Positions 48,692-62,500 of a stretch of DNA of 64,000 bases are shown here, piece after piece. The notes beneath the pieces are model-generated. The model had not been told where the DNA came from, searched no databases, and saw nothing but the letters and a program-made list of their open reading frames with translations. The stretch is taken from contig OZ316898.1 in assembly GCA_973895155.1 (NCBI GenBank), positions 16,088,330 through 16,152,329 on the forward strand, given 5' to 3'. The translations under genes and the position numbers were made by a program. The first letter of the stretch is position 1; every line of letters begins with the position of its first letter. The stretch comes from Marsupella aquatica. Taxonomy: Eukaryota > Plantae > Marchantiophyta.

Positions 48692-51600
48692 CTATGTCCT
48701 CAAAGAAACTATGGACCTAGAGAGCCCTGAAAGATTTTCCAAACCTATTCTCCTTTCCCTATCCACCGCAAAGATATATCTTCCAAGTTGCTGAGGGGGC
48801 AGACCAAACAATGCATACAAATCTTTCACCAAGATTTGAGATGCCATCCTAACCCCCTCATAAAACTTGCAAGCAATGAATACATGATATTCATTCTCTA
48901 TACTAGAGCTATCACATAGTTGACAAACCCTCTTTTTCCTGTCAATATCCTTCCATCTCCCTTGTTCTACTTCAAGGTGGTGTGAGCTTAGTCTATACTG
49001 AGCAATAAGTTGTCTAAGTTGTACTGAGATAGTGCTAGATAAGTATTCTTGTTCTCGATATTTCTTCATGGGGTTCACATCTCTCATGTAGTATTGTTGC
49101 CGTGGGCTAGGTTCATGCCAAAGTTTGTGCAAAGCCTTTTGCTCAAGTTTTGCTCTTAGCTTGGTTGGGTGTGTTGGCCATTCATGTTCAGGAAAATCCC
49201 AAGCATGGGCCCACCTGCACACATCTGCATACCACCCTTTAGCTAAAGATGAGCGCAAGGCATGAAAAGGAAATCTGTTTTCCTCCAACTCTCTTACACG
49301 CATGATGTATTTGAGTGTGTGGAAGAGTGCCTCCACCTCCAAAGGAAACAAGCCTGCCTGTGCAAGTGTAAGTGCATATGGGGTTTGTGACTTGATCCCA
49401 AGCTCCATCTCAAGAAATAGCTTTTGCAGCCCCTCAATCTGTTGCCACCCAAATTTAGACACACCTGCTCCCCAAATTGGTGCTCCATAAAGAATGACTG
49501 GTTTCACCAAAGCTCCAAAGAGATGTTTCCTTAACCTCCAAGTGTGTAGACCAGCTCTTTTGCATTTGTTCATGAATGCATAAAAAGCTCTGTACCCATT
49601 GGCAGCCCTAGATTTTGCACATGAGGCCCAACTCAAGTTTTGAGAGAACTCCACCCCAAGGTATTTGTAGGTCCTCACAAATTCCACCAGATTCCCTTGG
49701 AAGTAGAGCTCTGGATTTTGTCGTGTGCCAATGCCCAAACACTTGGTCTTCTTGAGGTTGACTACCATCCCTGTTGCTTGACAAAACTCCTCCAAGGCAT
49801 TGAGATGTCTTTGCAAAGCTTCTTGAGCATGAGCAAGTAGGACCACATCATCTGCAAATATAAGAAGTTGGAGGACAAACCTACCCAATTGAGTGCCAAC
49901 TCCACCATGCTCCTCCAAAATGTTGTGTAGCTGATCAATGAAGATGCCAAATAGAGTTGGTGAGAGAGGACAACCTTGGATCACCCCAAGAGTGCTCCAG
50001 ATTTCTTCAGAGGTTTCCTTTGAAAGTTTGATGCGCACTTCTTGGTACAATTTAGAAACAGCCAACCTGAGCTCTTCAGGCACTTCCAACTCCACCATCC
50101 TATCCCAAAGCTTGGATCGGGAAACTTTGTCAAAGGCCTTGGAGAAGTCCACAAACAAGCAAAATAATGGTTTATGTGGAGATTTGGCCTTTTCACACAA
50201 CACCCTCAAGCAAAGAATGTGATCCATAGTGCTGAATTCTCTCCTAAAACCTGCTTGTGAAGGTGCCCTTTTCATCTCACTCTCCAACCAAGAGCTTAAT
50301 CTGGCTTCAAGTAGTCCTCCCAAAACTTTAGCAAAAGTATTGCCTACCATGATGGTTCTGTAGTTGTGCACATCGTCCTTGTTGCCTGCCTTGAAGATAG
50401 GCACCACTCTTCTGGTCATCCAAGCTTTAGGTAAACCTAAAGCCATTGCTTGATTCAGCTCATGCACCAAGTTTGTTAATAAAGAGGGTCCTCCCCACAA
50501 AAGAAGCTCCAAGTTCAGGCCCAACAGATCTTTAGCTTTCCCATGTTGCATGTGGGAAAGATGCACCTTCACCTCCCTCTCTGTAAACTGAATGGTGTCC
50601 CCAAGGGGCAAAGGCATGCCACTAGCATCTGGAAAGAAATACAAGGATGTGACATAGGTTACCAGGTCCTGGTGATCCAAGGGGGGAGTAGTCTTGCCTG
50701 ATTGCATTCTCTCCCAAAAACGTTTTGGATGTTTGACGAACTCCTCACATAGTGATTGTTGATGACTCTTCAAGAAGCACCTCTTCTTGTGTTTGATGAA
50801 GTTCTTGTACATAGTGAATGCCAAAAGTCTCTTTTCCCCTTAATGTGATCTTGCTTGCATCCTTGCTCTAGCACAATCCTCGTCAAACCAAGCCTTCATG
50901 TTTTGCTTTCTAGGGGGTTTGGTGGAGAAAGTAGAGGGTGCTGCTTGTACTATGACTTCTGAGAGCTCAATCTGATCATCCAGGGTATGGAGAAGATGTT
51001 CAAAGTTGGCTTTGAAGATGACTTCTCTATCAGGGTCTAGAAACAGAGGTTTGGGTACTGGCTTTCTATGCACTTTGTTTGGGATTGTGGTCAGGTCAAG
51101 ATGGAACAACAAAGGCAAGTGTGAAGACTCTGGTTGTTGATCAAGTATTTGAAAGTCAACCACTCTAGTGGCAGAGGTAGGTGAGGCAAGAAGGTAATCA
51201 ATGGTACTACATCCTTGTTTAGATCTAAAAGTGTAACCAGATGATTGGGGAAATCTTTCAAGCCCATTCAATATTCTTAGATTACAAGAAGCTCCCAAAT
51301 GCAAAAAGTGACGTGTCATGTCATTTGTTCTGGTGTCAAGAGCCTCTCTCACCCAAGGTATCTCTTCACTACATGATGACCAAGGTAAAGTTCCTAAGTC
51401 CTCACTTTCAGTAAATTGTTCATTAGATACCCTGGCATTAAAGTCCCCCACTATCCATGTCTCCCCTAGTGGTGATATATCATGAATGACTTGGATTAAC
51501 CTATGAAATGGATAATGTGCATCAGCAATTCCCATCTTATAGATATTCATATTAAGGGGAGCAAAGTAGGTGACAATCAGAAATGATGGAGTACCTCTGG

Positions 51601-51895
51601 TATGAAGTCTCACCACCATGAACTGCTTGCTGGGATCTTCATGTTCAATAGAGGTGATGTGTTGAAGTTGATTCTTGGTGTAGATAGCAATGCCTCCAAA
51701 CCCTCTTCCCCGTGTGGTCTTCTTCTCATTGAAGATGGATTGTATGCAAGTAAAGCCTTTAATGCTAGGTAGAGCATTTCCCTCATATTCCCAAGTCTCC
51801 GTGAAAAGCAAGATGTCAAAATTCTCAAACAAAGGTTCCCCTCCAATTGCTGTTTCTATGGAAAGTCCTGAAACATTCCATGCCATGACTCTCAA
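48692..51895 (-). pseudogene. LINE ORF2 with a single premature stop
   Basis: ORFs 50840-51895 and 48692-50824 are in frame and nearly identical to copy A. Confidence 0.93.
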
Positions 51896-51907
51896 GGTCC
51901 CAATCCA

Positions 51908-52690
51908 TCATTTAGAAACAACTCTCTTCTTATTGGTAACAACAGCTTGTCCATTACCATTACCATTGCGCAAGTAGGCTACCAATCCTTGGTCTTTGGC
52001 TACCCTCACCTTCTCAAGCTCAATTTTCCTTGCTTGGACTTGTGTGGGAGTCAGATCATCATCCAACCAAATCCTTAGCCCTTTAAGCATGCTCCTGTTA
52101 GCCATCACTCTAGCTTTCTCGGATTCAGCTGCAAACTTCACCAAGATTGGACGTGGAAGGTCCCCCTTCTTTTGCCCAATCCTATATGCTTGCAAAATGA
52201 TAGGGTCATGCACTTTCATCTGAGATTGGAAGAATGAAATTGCTACCTTCTTGGTGTCTTCCTTCTCCTCCTCAACAAGGTCTGATATTTTGCAGTTGCT
52301 GACTCTTGCATGCTGGTTCTTGTGTTCTTCCTCTAGTGCTCTCCTCTCCTCCTCCTTGGCTTGGACAAATTCCATATGTGATTGTTTTGCAGCCTGTGCA
52401 AAGGTTTTGAGCTTCTCCTCAATCTCCCCTACAGCCTCATGTATCACTGATTTCTCTAGGCACATACTCTTCTCCATGTCTCCAAAACACGATGCAAGCA
52501 ATGAGAGTTGCTTACCATTCTCCTGAGTTTGAGATCGAAGATCACTAATCAACCTCTTTTGCTTGACATTCTCATTCTTTAGCTCCGTCACCTCCTTGCT
52601 GAGCGTGGTAATCTCAATTGCGGAGTTTTCAGCCACAACTAAGATTTTCTCAAGCAAAGCCTTGAGATGGGCAATCTCCTCCGTTGCCAT
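51908..52690 (-). CDS. LINE ORF1 (copy E) with an NGNG insertion
   Basis: Nearly identical to copy A ORF1, but reads YLRNGNGNGQAV. Confidence 0.85.
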   Translation of the reverse strand: MATEEIAHLKALLEKILVVAENSAIEITTLSKEVTELKNENVKQKRLISDLRSQTQENGKQLSLLASCFGDMEKSMCLEKSVIHEAVGEIEEKLKTFAQAAKQSHMEFVQAKEEERRALEEEHKNQHARVSNCKISDLVEEEKEDTKKVAISFFQSQMKVHDPIILQAYRIGQKKGDLPRPILVKFAAESEKARVMANRSMLKGLRIWLDDDLTPTQVQARKIELEKVRVAKDQGLVAYLRNGNGNGQAVVTNKKRVVSK

Positions 52691-52762
52691 CACAAAGCTG
52701 AAACTGTTGTTAGAATGTACTCTTAGACGACAAATAGAAATTGGGAGCAATAGAGGATGTCA

Positions 52763-53530
52763 GTTGCAGCTCTACCTTTGCCAGTGATACACTCTCGCTG
52801 TTTGCAACACTCTGCCAAAATCTGAGCTCAAACCGCAGCCGATTGCCCTTCCAACTCGAAATGAAATTTCGCCCCAAGCTCAGAATCCCGAAACTGGACA
52901 CGTAGCAGATCGTGCATGCTAAAGTGCATACTAAACGATGTCGGTTGCAGCTCTAACTTTGCCAGTGATACATTCTCGCTGTTTCCAATGCTCTGGCAAA
53001 GTCTGAGCTTAAACTGTAGCCAATTTCCCTTCCAACTCGAAGTGAAATTTTGCCCCAAGCTCAGAATTGCGAAACTGGAGACGTAACAGATCGTGCATGC
53101 TAAAGTGCATATCAAACGATTCGATTGCAGCTCTAACTTTGCCAGTGATACATTCTTGCTGTTTCCAATGCTCTGGCAAAATCTGAGCTCAAACCGCAGC
53201 CGATTGCCCTTCCAACTCGAAGTGAAATTTCACCCCGAGCTCAGAATCGCGAAACTAGAGACGTAGCAGATCGCGCATGCTAAAGTGCATACCAAACAAT
53301 GTCGGTTGCAGCTCTAACTTTGCCAGTGATACATTCTCGCTGTTTCCAATGCTCTGGCAAAGTCTGAGCTTAAACTGCAGCCGATTGCCCTTCCAACTCG
53401 AAGTGAAATTTCGTCCCAAGCTCAGAATCGCGAAACTGGAGACATAGCAGATCGCGCATGCTAAAGTGCATACCAAACGATGTCGGTTACAGCTCTAACT
53501 TTGTCAGTGATACATTCTCGCTGTTTCAAT
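52763..53530 (-). repeat. 181-bp 5' UTR monomers of copy E
   Basis: Same unit as 40930-41760, truncated in the fifth unit. Confidence 0.93.
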
Positions 53531-56500
53531 CTCTAGAAAGGAAATCAATTACATGCTAGAAATATGGCAAGACTAGACATATGAAGAGAGATTGTCGAGT
53601 CAAGTAGACTCATCAACCATCAGCAAATGTAACCACTGATGTACGTTGATGTGATCAATTTACTCAATGATGATATTTATGATGCCAAGGTTTTGCTCTC
53701 AACGTAGTGTCACATCCAGGTGATGATGATTGGATACTAGATAGTGCATGTACCTTTCACATTTGCTCTAGGAGAGATCTTTTTTGTTCTTACACGATTT
53801 CCAACGGTTCAGTGTTGATGGGAAATGGAATCCCATGTCAAGTAGTTGGACTTGGATCTGTGAGATTTTAGATGTTTGATGGTGTTGTGAGGACATTGAG
53901 AAATGTGAGACATATTCTCAGCATGATGAAAAATCTCATTTCACTTGGAGTGTTATAAGCAAATGGCCATTGGTGAAGTTTTGCTAATGGTGTCCTTCAA
54001 GTTTCAACTAGTACTAAAGTTCTGTTAAAGGGAAAGAGACATAAAAATCTATCTGTTGTGGAGGGCAATGTAGTCTGTGATGAAGCCAATGTAACCTTAT
54101 CTCGTGAGAAGAAAGCCCGGTTGTGGCACTTCAGATTGGGTCACATGAGTGAAAAATGTTTGGCTGTTCTTTAGAAAAAAAGATTACTTTCTAATTTACA
54201 ATCTTGTAAATTAGATTTGTATGAGCATTGTGTGCTTGGAAAGCAACATAGTAAATCCTTCGAAGTTGGAACTCACACCAGCAAGGAGGTACTTGAGTAT
54301 GTACATAGTGATGTGTGGTGACTCGCCCCTACTCCCTCACATTCTGGAAGAGTTTATTATGTCATGTTCATTGACAATTACTCAAGGTATGTGTGGATAT
54401 ACTTTCTACACAATAAATCTGATTGTTTTGTCACTTTTAAGGAGTGGAAAGCCCAAGTTACGTATTGAACTAGTAACAAGGTGAGATATTTTTGATCGAA
54501 TAACGGCGGTGAATACGGTTTTGGTGAATTTGGAACGGATTGTAAAGAGCAGGGGATTACATGCCATCTCACAACAAGTTATACTCCTCAGCAAAATGGT
54601 GTTTTTGATAGGCTCAACCGAACACCATTGGAGCGCTCGAGGAGTATGTTGAGCCAATCATGCTTACCACATGAATTTTGGGCAAAAATTGTCAACACTA
54701 CAACTTATTTGGTAAATTTCTCTCCATCTAGTGCAATTGGATTCAAGATGCCATTTGAAATGAGGTACGGGCGTCAAACAAATTAATCACATCTGAGGAT
54801 TTTTGGATGTCATGCTATGTGCTTACACCTTTCTAGCTTTGTTCTAAGTTGGAGTCTAGGCCGAGGAAGTGCATTTTCCTTGGATATCAGAAAGGTGTAC
54901 AAGGTTATAGGTTATGAGATCCAGTAACCTCTAAGTTAATTATCAGTAGAGATGTTTCCTTTAATGAATCCTAATCATCAAAGGAGGTGAATAGTTCTTA
55001 GGGCTCCCATACTGACAAGGGAAAATCTCCTATCCCGGACCCGGTTGGGGGGAGATAAGTCACGATGATGTTCATGACAAGAGGAAAGAGATGCTATGGA
55101 GCTAGTTCCTATAATGGAACAAGAGGAGCCAACAACAACAGAAGATTAGCTTGAATCATCTACTAGAAGAATATCCAATTGTTCTACTAGAGCTCCTACG
55201 AAGTATGGACAATGGACAGATTCATCAAGGCTAGACGATGCTGACATTGCACATGATGATGATGATAGGGCACTGATCTTGGAAGAAAGAGAACTTTCTT
55301 CATAGCATGATGCGTACATTTCAGACAAGAAAGATGAATGGAATGCAACAATGCAGAGAGAATTGTAATCTTTAAGTGACAATAAAACATGGGAGCTGGT
55401 GCAACTGCCAAATAATCAACAAGTGGTGGACAGCAAGTGGATTTACAAGCTGAAGGACAACTCTTTAGATAGAGGAGGCAAGATATACAAGGCAAGGCTT
55501 GTTGCTAAGGGATTCACTCAGGAGAAGGGAGTGGATTATAATGAGGTTTTCTCACCAGTTGCCAAGTATTCCATGATACAAATTTTGTGTCAACTTGTTG
55601 TATTTTTTTATTTGGTTTTAGATCAAATGGATGTTGATACTGCTTTTCTCTATGGCACCTTGGAGGAACAAATTTTCAAGAGGCAACCACTGGGCTTTGG
55701 GAAGAAGGGCCAAGAGAGTTTAGTTTGCAAATTGCTTAAGTCCCTATATGGATTGAAGCAAGCTCCTTGGCAATGGACCAAGCAATTTCATGATTTCATG
55801 TTTGCACAAGGATTCAATGGGATGGTGTATCATGACCCTTGTGTGTATACAAAATCAGTCAAGAATGGTGTGTTTGGTTGTCTGGAAATAAGGAGGTCAA
55901 CGACTGGGTATGTGTTTACTCTTGGAGGAGGATGCATAAGTTAAAGATCTACCTTGTAGAAGTGTGTATCTCAGTCTATTACAGAAGCAGAATATGTTGT
56001 AGCAGCAAAAATAGCAAATGAAGCAATTTGGTTGGACAAGTTGGTCATTGAGATGGGATTGGAGCATGGAAAAATGACTCTTCATTGTGACAGCCAGAGT
56101 GTGCTTCACCTAGCTATTAACCAGGTTATGGATAACAGGGCAAAACACATTGACATCAAGTACCATTTTATTAGGCAAGCAGTGTCTGAAAAAATATTTG
56201 AGCTAGTCAAGATTGATGGAAAGCTCAACCCGGCTGATGCCACTAGAAGAATCCGAGGTGAACTGAGACCGCAATATGTGACTCATTTTGGCTCATGTGA
56301 CTTCATTGTGACTCAACGTGACTTGACCCACGCTGTGACCCTTGGAGTTGCAAAAGTTGAGACCAAAAAATGGAAGTCACTATTGATACTAGGCTTTGCA
56401 ACTCGCTTGATACCCATTTGTGACTGATCTGTGACTTTATTGTGGAGTCTAGCCTTGTTTCGACGTGACTACAATATGACTTCAGCGAGTCACATCGTAA

Positions 56501-58785
56501 GTCACAAACATGACTTACCCGCATTCAACAACGACTAGCATGTGACTATTTAGTGTCACAGGAGAGACCAATGGAGACCCTGGCCCGCGTCACACAACAG
56601 AATCATTTGGGACTCTATATACTCATGTTTATAACTAATAAGGTTCACATGCAAGTTATAACCATGACTAATGAACACAGAGGGACAGTTCATAAGGAGA
56701 GAGAGCACTCGACATTACAATACATAGAAACCTGATGTTCTAACTTTAGAAATATAACACATTGAATACAAGAAATGAACATAGCATGAATGACATCCAC
56801 ATGAAACAAAGCATCATATAAGCACATCCTACATAAAACATTCATAAGAATTAAACACAATCACAATCTTGCTAAAAAATGAAGATCATTTGAATTCCAA
56901 TGGAATAGTTTACAATGTGATCAATGTAATTCAAACAAAATAAGAACTCATAATTGATGACTGTAGGATGAGATAACTGAAAGCACATGCATGATACTAT
57001 GAATCTCCAAGAGGACATGATTCTTGTACTGCTTCTTGACATCTAAAATCTACATAACATGACTCACACTACAAACAAATAATGGCATGACATTGTTATG
57101 AATCCTCTATGAACTTGCTTGGCCATAATACCAAAGAACCTGCAGCATCTCCAAGTGTCTTTTGAGGAGGATCATCATTTGTGTTTGGAATGGGAAGGAC
57201 AACTTTAGGTTTCACTAATAATGTGACTAACACTACTGAATAATAACCTGGGGGAATCCTCTTGCCATGGAACGTTGTGGAACCAACCTGCACTCTGCCA
57301 AATCCTACTCGTGTTCCACTCTCATCAACAGCTAACAAGCCACTTTGTCCCTCAGCATTAGGTGCTTTCCCCACTTCCACCTTAGATCTTTCTGCCAGCA
57401 CCGTTCTTGGAGGTTTGTATGAAACCTTTGACGTGGCTCTGCTCTCACCAGCAGACTTGCTTCGTGTGCGCATGCTTTCTCTCTTCACAGCAGTGAAGCT
57501 AGGCTCAGTAGGTTCCTCTGTTAGGACTGTCACAGTAGCAGGTTCATCACCTGGGAGTGTCATACCAACTAACTCTTTGGTTGGATTTATCTCAACAAGA
57601 GGCACACCTGTCATTGAGAATGATACATTCTGCAAATCATTTATCTCTGCAATGGAGTCAAGATCGACATAGCATGAATCTGGCTCAATGGTATCATTGT
57701 CATGCTTGCTGATATCCTCATTTGCCCCAACATTGATATCATCCACTCCCTTGCCAATGTCATCCTCATCCAAACATGGTTGACTGCCCTCTGTCAAACA
57801 AGTTGCTTGTACAGACCGCAACTAGTTGCCTCTAAATTACAGCGAGTATATGCCAGGTTCTCATACTTCTTCTCTGTAGCACCTGTCTTATTCTCTATGG
57901 ACACAACAACCACAATATATGTTACTGAAAATAACACATTCAACAAACAATGTCAATTCAAACTATACATTTAATAATCATAGCCCACATAGTTGTAAAG
58001 GCCTTACCTTCAAGCCTACATGTCGTTGGCATGCCAGAAGAGTGCATCGACTTTGCCACCTCAAGTGGTGATGGTGGAACTCCTGCAGAATTGGAATCAA
58101 TTTTATCTCTCATCGACACAACAGCTTCCATTAATTTCTTGAAGTTCACATGGAACAAGTCAGTCAATGAATTCAAACGTTCATTGATCTCTGGAAGACA
58201 TGTTTCGACAGCCTTCAAACGACCACTTATCTCTGTAAGTGAAGATCCACCTCCCTACATGACACAGGGGTATAGGTTCAATCACTCCATATGAAATGTT
58301 GGGCAATATATGCACAATCAATGTTATATACAGTGTACACCTGAAATTCAACGCAGGTCATTCAATTACCAATCAGAACTCATATAACTTACATGCTTGG
58401 AGGATTCAGATGCACCCTCTTGAGCCCGGGTGTTCACAATTTCAGCCCTCAACTCTTCTTTTGAAGGGCTTTGCCCCAATTGGGCTTTCTGCACATGCAT
58501 GGTAAACACAAGTTATCGATCAATATTCAGGGAACGTACACTAAAAAACAAAGTTTACATGTATGGGTTTACACTAAAAAACAGTACATAGTGTAGCATA
58601 AATTACATAGCTAGGCCATTCGAGTTGGAAGGGCAATCGGCTGCGGTTTGAGCTCAGATTTTGGCAGAGTGTTGCAAACAGCGAGAGTGTATCACTGGCA
58701 AAGGTAGAGCTGCAACTGACATCCTCTACTGCTCCCAATTTCTATTTGTCGTCTAAGAGTACATTCTAACAACAGTTTCAGCTTT

Positions 58786-59559
58786 GTGATGGCAACGGAG
58801 GAGATTGCCCATCTCAAGGCTTTGCTTGAGAAAATCTTAGTTGTGGCTGAAAACTCCGCAATTGAGATTACCACGCTCAGCAAGGAGGTGACGGAGCTAA
58901 AGAATGAGAATGTCAAGCAAAAGAGGTTGATTAGTGATCTTCGATCTCAAACTCAGGAGAATGGTAAGCAACTCTCATTGCTTGCATCGTGTTTTGGAGA
59001 CATGGAGAAGAGTATGTGCCCTGAGAAATCAGTGATACATGAGGCTGTAGGGGAGATTGAGGAGAAGCTCAAAACCTTTGCACAGGCTGCAAAACAATCA
59101 CATATGGAATTTGTCCAAGCCAAGGAGGAGGAGAGGAGAGCACTAGAAGAAGAACACAAGAACCAGCATGCAAGAGTCAGCAACTGCAAAATATCAGGCC
59201 TTGTTGAGGAGGAGAAGGAAGACACCAAGAAGGTAGCAATTTCATTCTTCCAATCTCAGATGAAAGTGCATGACCCTATCATTTTGCAAGCATATAGGAT
59301 TGGGCAAAAGAAGGGGGACCTTCCACGTCCAATCTTGGTGAAGTTTGCAGCTGAATCCGAGAAAGCTAGAGTGATGGCTAACAGGAGCATGCTTAAAGGG
59401 CTAAGGATTTGGTTGGATGATGATCTGACTCCCACACAAGTCCAAGCAAGGAAAATTGAGCTTGAGAAGGTGAGGGTAGCCAAAGACCAAGGATTGGTAG
59501 CCTACTTGCGCAATGGACAAGCTGTTGTTACCAATAAGAAGAGAGTTGTTTCTAAATGA
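58786..59559 (+). CDS. LINE ORF1 (copy F); first ATG at 58789
   Basis: Protein identical to copy A ORF1. Confidence 0.88.
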   Translation: MMATEEIAHLKALLEKILVVAENSAIEITTLSKEVTELKNENVKQKRLISDLRSQTQENGKQLSLLASCFGDMEKSMCPEKSVIHEAVGEIEEKLKTFAQAAKQSHMEFVQAKEEERRALEEEHKNQHARVSNCKISGLVEEEKEDTKKVAISFFQSQMKVHDPIILQAYRIGQKKGDLPRPILVKFAAESEKARVMANRSMLKGLRIWLDDDLTPTQVQARKIELEKVRVAKDQGLVAYLRNGQAVVTNKKRVVSK

Positions 59560-59571
59560 TGGATTGGGACC

Positions 59572-62500
59572 TTGAGAGTCATGGCATGGAATGTTTCAGG
59601 ACTTTCCATAGAAACAACAATTGGAGGGGAACCTTTGTTTGAGAATTTTGACATCTTGCTTTTCATGGAGACTTGGGAATATGAGGGAAATGCTCTACCT
59701 AGCATTAAAGGCTTTACTTGCATACAATCCATCTTCAATGAGAAGAAGACCACACGGGGAAGAGGGTTTGGAGGCATTGCTGTCTACACCAAGAATCAAC
59801 TTCAACACATCACCTCTATTGAACATGAAGATCCCAGCAAGCAGTTCATGGTGGTGAGACTTCATACCAGAGGTACTCCATCATTTCTGATTGTCACCTA
59901 CTTTGCTCCCCTTAATATGAATGTCTATAAGATGGGAATTGCTGATGCACATTATCCATTTCATAGGTTAATCCAAGTCATTCATGATATATCACCACTA
60001 GGGGAGACATGGATAGTGGGGGACTTTAATGCCAGGGTATCTAATGAACAATTTACTGAAAGTGAGGACTTAGGAACTTTACCTTGGTCATCATGTAGTG
60101 AAGAGATACCTTGGGTGAGAGAGGCTCTTGACACCAGAACAAATGACATGACACGTCACTTTTTGCATTTGGGAGCTTCTTGTAATCTAAGAATATTGAA
60201 TGGGCTTGAGAGATTTCCCCAATCATCTGGTTACACTTTTAGATCTAAACAAGGATGTAGTACCATTGATTACCTTCTTGCCTCACCTACCTCTGCCACT
60301 AGAGTGGTTGACTTTCAAATACTTGATCAACAACCAGAGTCTTCACACTTGCCTTTGTTGTTCCATCTTGACCTGACCACAATCCCAAACAAAGTGCATA
60401 GAAAGCCAGTACCCAAACCTCTGTTTCTAGACCCTGATAGAGAAGTCATCTTCAAAGCCAACTTTGAACATCTTCTCCATACCCTGGATGATCAGATTGA
60501 GCTCTCAGAAGTCATAGCACAAGCAGCAGCCTCTACTTTCTCCACCAAACCCCCTAGAAAGCAAAACATGAAGGCTTGGTTTGACGAGGATTGTGCTAGA
60601 GCAAGGATGCAAGCAAGATCACATTCAAGGGAAAAGAGACTTTTGGCATTCACTATGTACAAGAACTTCATCAAACACAAGAAGAGGTGCTTCTTGAAGA
60701 GTCATCAACAATCACTATGTGAGGAGTTCATCAAACATCCAAAACATTTTTGGGAGAGAATGCAATCAGGCAAGACTACTCCCCCCTTGGATCACCAGGA
60801 CCTGGTAACCTATGTCACATCCTTGTATTTCTTTCCAGATGCTAGTGGCATGCCTTTGCCCCTTGGGGACACCATTCAGTTTACAGAGAGGGAGGTGAAG
60901 GTGCATCTTTCCCACATGCAACATGGGAAAGCTAAAGATCTGTTGGGCCTGAACTTGGAGCTTCTTTTGTGGGGAGGACCCTCTTTACTAACAAACTTGG
61001 TGCATGAGCTGAATCAAGCAATGGCTTTAGGTTTACCTAAAGCTTGGATGACCAGAAGAGTGGTGCCTATCTTCAAGGCAGGCAACAAGGACGATGTGCA
61101 CAACTACAGAACCATCATGGTAGGCAATACTTTTGCTAAAGTTTTGGGAGGACTACTTGAAGCCAGATTAAGCTCTTGGTTGGAGAGTGAGATGAAAAGG
61201 GCACCTTCACAAGCAGGTTTTAGGAGAGAATTCAGCACTATGGATCACATTCTCTGCTTGAGGGTGTTGTGTGAAAAGGCCAAATCTCCACATAAACCAT
61301 TATTTTGCTTGTTTGTGGACTTCTCCAAGGCCTTTGACAAAGTTTCCCGATCCAAGCTTTGGGATAGGATGGTGGAGTTGGAAGTGCCTGAAGAGCTCAG
61401 GTTGGCTGTTTCTAAATTGTACCAAGAAGTGCGCATCAAACTTTCAAAGGAAACCTCTGAAGAAATCTGGAGCACTCTTGGGGTGATCCAAGGTTGTCCT
61501 CTCTCACCAACTCTCTTTGGCATCTTCATTGATCAGCTACACAACATTTTGGAGGAGCATGGCGGAGTTGGCACTCAATTGGGTAGGTTTGTCCTCCAAC
61601 TTCTTATATTTGCAGATGATGTGGTCCTACTTGCTCATGCTCAAGAAGCTTTGCAAAGACATCTCAATGCCTTGGAGGAGTTTTGTCAAGCAACAGGGAT
61701 GGTAGTCAACCTCAAGAAGACCAAGTGTTTGGGCATTGGCACACGACAAAATCCAGAGCTCTACTTCCAAGGGAATCTGGTGGAATTTGTGAGGACCTAC
61801 AAATACCTTGGGGTGGAGTTCTCTCAAAACTTGAGTTGGGCCTCATGTGTAAAATCTAGGGCTGCCAATGGGTACAGAGCTTTTTATGCATTCATGAACA
61901 AATGCAAAAGAGCTGGTCTACACACTTGGAGGTTAAGGAAACATCTCTTTGGAGCTTTGGTGAAACCAGTCATTCTTTATGGAGCACCAATTTGGGGAGC
62001 AGGTGTGTCTAAATCTGGGTGGCAACAGATTGAGGGGCTGCAAAAGCTATTTCTTGAGATGGAGCTTGGGATCAAGTCACAAACCCCATATGCACTTACA
62101 CTTGCAGAGGCAGGCTTGTTTCCTTTGGAGGTGGAGGCACTCTTCCACACACTCAAATACATCATGCGTGTAAGAGAGTTGGAGGAAAACAGATTTCCTT
62201 TTCATGCCTTGCGCTCATCTTCAGCTAAAGGGTGGTATGCAGATGTGTGCAGGTGGGCCCATGCTTGGGATTTTCCTGAACATGAATGGCCAACACACCC
62301 AACCAAGCTAAGAGCAAAACTTGAGCAAAAGGCTTTGCACAAACTTTGGCATGAACCTAGCCCACGGCAGCAATACTACATGAGAGATGTGAACCCCATG
62401 AAGAAATATCGAGAACAAGAATACTTATCTAGCACTATCTCAGTACAACTTAGACAACTTATTGCTCAGTATAGACTAAGCTCACACCACCTTGAAGTAG

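Larger units (their letters stand above)
48561..53530 (-). mobile_element. RTEX-like LINE copy E (near full length; ORF2 has a nonsense mutation)
   Basis: Tail at 48561; TCA>TAA at 50840-50842; ORF1 with a 12-bp insertion; about 4.2 monomers at 52763-53530. Confidence 0.93.
48520..56240 (+). mobile_element. Degenerate Ty1/copia internal region (gag knuckle, protease, integrase, RT, RNase H), split by LINE copy E and truncated by CACTA 2
   Basis: Zinc knuckle near 53550-53597; WILDSACTFHIC; LWHFRLGHMS; YVHSDVW; TPQQNG; YKARLVAKGFTQ; LLKSLYGLKQAP; RRSTTGYVF; KHIDIKYHFIR; NPAD. Many stops, and an internal deletion between RT and RNase H near 55875. Confidence 0.9.
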
